Positions 1 through 3,442 of a stretch of 3,442 nucleotides of DNA are shown here, one piece after another (position 1 is the stretch's first letter; each line of letters starts with the position of its first letter). Position numbers and translations under genes: made by a program. Source of the DNA: Escherichia phage Ec1-ASingh; the sequence record PQ561397.1; one strand, given 5' to 3'. Below the pieces are notes generated by a model. It saw only the letters and a program-made list of their open reading frames with translations, searched no databases and was not told the DNA's origin.

Positions 1-1425
1 GAAGTCTATGAAGCTGCACATACCCGCCTGACTACCGGCGGTAAATCTACAGTTCTCGATAGACACACCGTTAATGTGGGTGGTGGCTGTTGAATCCGGA
101 CCCGCGGCTAAAATTACTGCTTGCCCGGAAATATCACCAATTACCCCTGACACAACAGCATTGTACAGGTATGTACCCGCTCCCGCTGATTCTGCCCCAT
201 GCAGAGCCACATAACAGCCGCGTGTGTATCCGGAGATAATTGAATCTCTGTACCAGGTATCATGTTGGTGTAGCTCCACTGAACACGCTATAACTTGCGC
301 CCTTGAACTCACCGCACGGAATATGCAGTTATCTACACCACTGAAAGGACAGTTAACATATACGGTACTGTGGTCCGCGTTGTTAGCACTCTGTATCAAA
401 TTAATAAACTTACAGTTAGATACCTTACAATTAGACCCATACCCATTCCAGCCAAGGGTAACACCCCAAGTAACATCACCGTTCTGGAAAGTAATACCGG
501 TTACTGAGCAGTTGTAGCTGCGACCAAAAGCGATACCGTTGCGTAACTGTGATGTCGCCCCAAAGTCATAACCACCAAAGTCTATCGTACCGTTGCCGTG
601 AATATGGCAATTATCGAGATTACCGGAGCTTGCAGGGTCACCATTATCAAAGCCTACAAACACCTGAAATGACGAGGAGGCCAAAGCAGGCCCTACTTTA
701 ACAGTACCGTCTAGCTTAATACTTACATTGCTTTTCAATTGTATCAGGCCGCTGTGACCCGATACAGGTCCGGTGCTAATGCTATTCAGATACCATGTAC
801 CTTCCGGTATATGTAGTGTGCCGCCGCCGTTTGTGTTCAGGTAGTCTATAGCTGCTTGCAGATACTGACGGCTGTCAACGCTAACCCCAGGCTGAATCAC
901 ATCCCCGGATGAGTCACAATGAAAATCCCACAGGCTGACCGTATCATCTAATTTATCAGCAACCGTTCTTTTTGTGGTGCTTAGGCTGCCGTCGTACGAG
1001 TACCCAATCAGAGAAGCCCCGCTAAATTCGGACAAGTCGATTCGTAACGCAGAGCCGTCTATAAGTTTCCATCCTGTTGTCGGGGATGAGGATGCTGGAA
1101 CAATCTTAGGATACGCACCAGTCCAGGAGTAGTACTGACCATCGCCACCCGGCAACGGCCAGAGTACTATCTTGTCCTCGTCCCCGGATGCAAGAGTACC
1201 TCCAGAATCGAAATTAAAATCAGCCACGGCAGAACCAATGCTTTTAAGAACCGCAGGGAGCGTCTTTTGCACCTGTCCGGTTACCGCATTGGTCGCGTAA
1301 TCAATATCCGCACCCCCAGCAACACCGCCGGATTTACCAGTGATAACCTCGGCTTCGAAAATCTGGTGTTTTTTGGCGGTTTGTAAATCCGCCAGGCTTA
1401 AAACGTCACCGCATCCGCTTGACAT
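1..1425 (-). CDS. Tailspike / receptor-binding protein, 3'-partial (475 codons in window, C-terminus beyond position 1): N-terminal virion-attachment module plus right-handed parallel beta-helix (pectate-lyase-3-like fold), predicted capsule or O-antigen depolymerase
   Basis: ATG at 1423-1425 (minus) preceded by a Shine-Dalgarno sequence. I checked all 475 plus-strand triplets in this frame (positions 1-3, 4-6, ...) and none is tta, cta or tca, so there is no minus-strand stop down to position 1. Hand translation: MSSGCGDVLSLADLQTAKKHQIFEAEVITGKSGGVAGGADIDYATNAVTGQVQKTLPAVLKSIGS...DFHCDSSGDVIQPGVSVDSRQYLQAAIDYLNTNGGGTLHIPEGTWYLNS...NCHIHGNGTIDF...YNCSVTGITFQNG...SNCKVSNCKFINL...VNCPFSGVDNCIF...IENCRFTAG. 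The D-x-SGD...AIDY...GGGTLHIPEGTWYL entry motif and periodic Asn-Cys rungs are typical of beta-helix glycanases and phage tailspikes. Absent from the ORF track only because it runs off the window without a stop. Confidence 0.85.
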   Translation of the reverse strand, partial: MSSGCGDVLSLADLQTAKKHQIFEAEVITGKSGGVAGGADIDYATNAVTGQVQKTLPAVLKSIGSAVADFNFDSGGTLASGDEDKIVLWPLPGGDGQYYSWTGAYPKIVPASSSPTTGWKLIDGSALRIDLSEFSGASLIGYSYDGSLSTTKRTVADKLDDTVSLWDFHCDSSGDVIQPGVSVDSRQYLQAAIDYLNTNGGGTLHIPEGTWYLNSISTGPVSGHSGLIQLKSNVSIKLDGTVKVGPALASSSFQVFVGFDNGDPASSGNLDNCHIHGNGTIDFGGYDFGATSQLRNGIAFGRSYNCSVTGITFQNGDVTWGVTLGWNGYGSNCKVSNCKFINLIQSANNADHSTVYVNCPFSGVDNCIFRAVSSRAQVIACSVELHQHDTWYRDSIISGYTRGCYVALHGAESAGAGTYLYNAVVSGVIGDISGQAVILAAGPDSTATTHINGVSIENCRFTAGSQAGMCSFIDF

Positions 1426-1430
1426 ATAGA

Positions 1431-1437
1431 GTCCTCT
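1431..1437 (-). promoter_or_regulatory. Shine-Dalgarno sequence (AGAGGA within AAAGAGGA) for the downstream tailspike gene; 6-nt spacer (CUCUAU) to the AUG
   Basis: Minus-strand mRNA reads ...AAU UAA AGAGGA CUCUAU AUG UCA AGC...; plus strand tcctct at 1432-1437 is the reverse complement of AGAGGA. It sits directly after the upstream stop codon at canonical spacing from the ATG (revcomp of cat at 1423-1425). Confidence 0.6.
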
Positions 1438-3442
1438 TTAATTAAAACCATTGCTGAATCCGTCGGAGAAACCGCTGCCGTATGGCGCGACGCCGTCGTA
1501 TTTATAGAATCCGTCGTCATAGTTGTAGCCCGTAATCTTGACCGTGCGGTCATCGCCAGGGTCGATTGAAGAAACAACTATCTTCTGAGCATTATGCCTT
1601 GCTTCGTTGCCGAATGAAAACTCAGTTTTTAGTGCGCTATTCCCCGTGTAGATTGCTTCCTCTGGCGCAGAGAGCATAATCACCTCGCGGTCGTGGCTTC
1701 CTTTGATAACAGAGATGCTTTGCACCGAGCCATCGCGCTTCTTGAGGATGATGGAGTGATCGTCGCCTGGGGTAAACGAAACAGGCTGAGACAGCGTAAG
1801 TGTAAGCCCGTTAACGGCAACAACATAGCCATCCTGCGGCGCGATACGCGAGCCTTTAACGACACTGATTACGCCACCAGGGGTAGCGAGTGCTCCCTCT
1901 TCGGTAGCTTCGAACTCTACGACAACTTTACTTAACGCGTTGCGTTGGTAGCGACGCCACGCCAGCCAGTACGCTTGCTGGTAGTTGCGCACGCCTTTCG
2001 ATTCGTATTCCTCGGTGTTTGCTCCGAGTTCTTCCGGGATATAAATTGTTTCCTGTACGTTAGTATCCGGGTCGATGTACGAGAACGACAGGCTATCGTA
2101 AGTTGTAGAATCGTTGAACGTGCGGGTCCATTTCTCCGTACCGGTAGTTTTGCTGCGGTGGGTGAACACCATTTCAGGCCCAGCAACCGGACGGTCGAAT
2201 CGCAGCATAATATCCGCACCTTTACGGTACGCAGTACAGAACACGGCTTCCGCTATGGCCTGAACAATGTCCTGCATGGTTGTGTCGTAGTCGTCGAACG
2301 TATAGCAGAACTGACCCGCTAATTCACTTCCGAAATAGGACTCAATCTCTTCCTGCACCGCAAGTAACTTGTCCATGTTTGCCGTCGTCAGCTCCAGATT
2401 ACCCACCGCGGGGTCGCGCGCCAGTCGGATTAGCGACTGCACCGCCTGCGTGTTCGGGGTCATTACAGTATCGAATACCCCATTTCCGAGGTATTTGTAA
2501 CACATCTCAGTCGCAATCATGCGCAGTTCAGGGTTGTCAATACTGGCGGCCCGCGGTGTCTGTTTACGGGCGCAATGTACTGTTGTCCGGTTGCCGTAGT
2601 GCGGGGTTGTGTCCAGAGACTGCCCGTACAGGTTGATGAATGTTATCTCATCGCTTACGGTACCGTCGTAGTCCTTATCAAAATTCGTTATACGACGCAT
2701 ACGGGCGCGGAAACGCGATGCGGTAGGCAATTGCCCGTAGATAGACGTGCCAACGTAATCCGTGCTATTACCGGTAACGGTGCCTTGTACGGTGTAGATA
2801 TCACCAATCGGGTTACGCTGAGAATCGATCATCTGGTACTGGAGTTCTACGGTTACATTGGCTCGGCTATAACCGCCGTCGTATTTGTAGAGGCCGTTCT
2901 GCCCGGCAACGTTAGCAAGCACCCGGTCAACTTCTCCGCGCACCATGTAATACCAGTCGGTCAGGGATACGTCGTAGGTGTCTCTCGGACCAATGAAAGT
3001 ATCAGAACGCTCTGTTAAGGTATACGTCTGCCCACTGGTTAACGCGTCCCAATTAGAAGCACCATTCACCGCCAGTCTTACTTCGAAGTCATCGACATAT
3101 AAAACCTCAAACGAGCCGTTAAGGTTAGTGACGCCTGCAACGTCAAAGTTGCTCAGCACCGCGACATCACCGACGCTAAGAAACTCAGAAAAAGCGGAGT
3201 CACCCGACGGGTCATAGATGTAGCCGGTGTTTGAAATACGTTTCGCGGTGCCATCGGCGCTTGGGTTAGCCCCGATGTCGTTTGGCGCTTTCAGTACAAT
3301 ACCGTCAACGTCGTCGTTGGAGTATGTCACATAGAGTTTCTGGTCAATGACGTCCCCGATTTGTAGCTGCGGAGATGTGGTGTTGTTCGGGGAGGTATAT
3401 GGCGCATACACGGCAACAGAGGAGCCTGTGATGTCACTTATC
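1438..3442 (-). CDS. Tail-tip / central hub protein, lambda gpJ-like (host specificity protein J family, hub domains only); 5'-partial, true start lies beyond the window end
   Basis: Uninterrupted minus-strand reading frame from the window edge (3442) to the TAA at 1438-1440 (revcomp of tta). The track's 657-aa ORF starts at a GTG (revcomp of 3409-3411) with no Shine-Dalgarno upstream, and the frame stays open for 10 more codons to the edge (...ISDITGSSVAV-YAPYT...). Motifs I recall from lambda J hub domains: RARMRRIT (about 2689-2712; lambda NIRMRRMT), FCTAYRKGADIMLRFDRP (2188-2241; lambda FCSAMRCMPVWNGQTLTFVQDRP), GYVVAVNGLTLTL (lambda GGRVLAVNSQTRTLTLD), DPGDDRTVKITGYNY (lambda ENDDGTYAITAV). 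The protein ends soon after this region with a Gly/aromatic-rich tail instead of lambda's FN3 repeats and receptor-binding domain. Confidence 0.85.
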   Translation of the reverse strand, partial: ISDITGSSVAVYAPYTSPNNTTSPQLQIGDVIDQKLYVTYSNDDVDGIVLKAPNDIGANPSADGTAKRISNTGYIYDPSGDSAFSEFLSVGDVAVLSNFDVAGVTNLNGSFEVLYVDDFEVRLAVNGASNWDALTSGQTYTLTERSDTFIGPRDTYDVSLTDWYYMVRGEVDRVLANVAGQNGLYKYDGGYSRANVTVELQYQMIDSQRNPIGDIYTVQGTVTGNSTDYVGTSIYGQLPTASRFRARMRRITNFDKDYDGTVSDEITFINLYGQSLDTTPHYGNRTTVHCARKQTPRAASIDNPELRMIATEMCYKYLGNGVFDTVMTPNTQAVQSLIRLARDPAVGNLELTTANMDKLLAVQEEIESYFGSELAGQFCYTFDDYDTTMQDIVQAIAEAVFCTAYRKGADIMLRFDRPVAGPEMVFTHRSKTTGTEKWTRTFNDSTTYDSLSFSYIDPDTNVQETIYIPEELGANTEEYESKGVRNYQQAYWLAWRRYQRNALSKVVVEFEATEEGALATPGGVISVVKGSRIAPQDGYVVAVNGLTLTLSQPVSFTPGDDHSIILKKRDGSVQSISVIKGSHDREVIMLSAPEEAIYTGNSALKTEFSFGNEARHNAQKIVVSSIDPGDDRTVKITGYNYDDGFYKYDGVAPYGSGFSDGFSNGFN

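Noticed and set aside
224-517. Plus-strand 97-aa ORF from the track
   Set aside because: Lies wholly antisense to the stop-free minus-strand tailspike frame, has no convincing ribosome-binding site, and its translation is low-complexity. Treated as a chance antisense ORF.
1369-1374. T6 run on the plus strand (A6 in the mRNA, within codons Ala-Lys-Lys-His of the tailspike)
   Set aside because: Considered as a terminator U-tract or slippery site, but it is inside the coding frame, has no adjacent GC-rich hairpin, and six A residues encoding Lys-Lys is unremarkable.
1680-3217. Plus-strand ORFs 1693-1935, 1945-2322, 2280-2636, 2575-3018, 2978-3217 and minus-strand ORFs 1680-1865, 1932-2219
   Set aside because: All are embedded in or antisense to the long gpJ-like gene. 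Their translations are Arg/Cys/Ser-rich, as expected from off-frame reading of a moderately GC-rich gene, and they overlap each other in different frames.
3409-3411. GTG given as the start of the 657-aa ORF
   Set aside because: No Shine-Dalgarno sequence upstream, the frame stays open to the window edge, and the first ~240 residues in the window do not look like the N-terminal hub region of lambda J while the later J-like motifs fall in roughly the expected place. The real start is most likely beyond 3442.
1-3442. Defence system, toxin-antitoxin pair, CRISPR array, tRNA, integrase or IS element
   Set aside because: Specifically looked for, given the prompt. The window is fully occupied by two structural tail genes, with no direct repeats, inverted terminal repeats or small paired ORFs. 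Claiming a novel system here would be unsupported.

Overview
The window holds two adjacent minus-strand phage tail genes from a siphovirus-type tail module, probably an enterobacterial phage or prophage; this is an ordinary structural region and I see no defence system, toxin, CRISPR array, tRNA or mobile element. (1) 1438..3442 (-) is the C-terminal 667+ codons of a compact lambda gpJ-like tail-tip hub protein, with its 5' end beyond the window. (2) 1..1425 (-) is the first 475 codons of a tailspike: an N-terminal attachment module followed by a right-handed parallel beta-helix, probably a polysaccharide depolymerase. The supplied ORF track does not list this second gene because it has no stop codon inside the window. 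The two genes are separated by 12 nt containing a Shine-Dalgarno sequence, so they are likely co-transcribed and translationally coupled. All plus-strand ORFs in the track are antisense artefacts. Family assignments rest on hand translation and recalled motifs, not on a database search.
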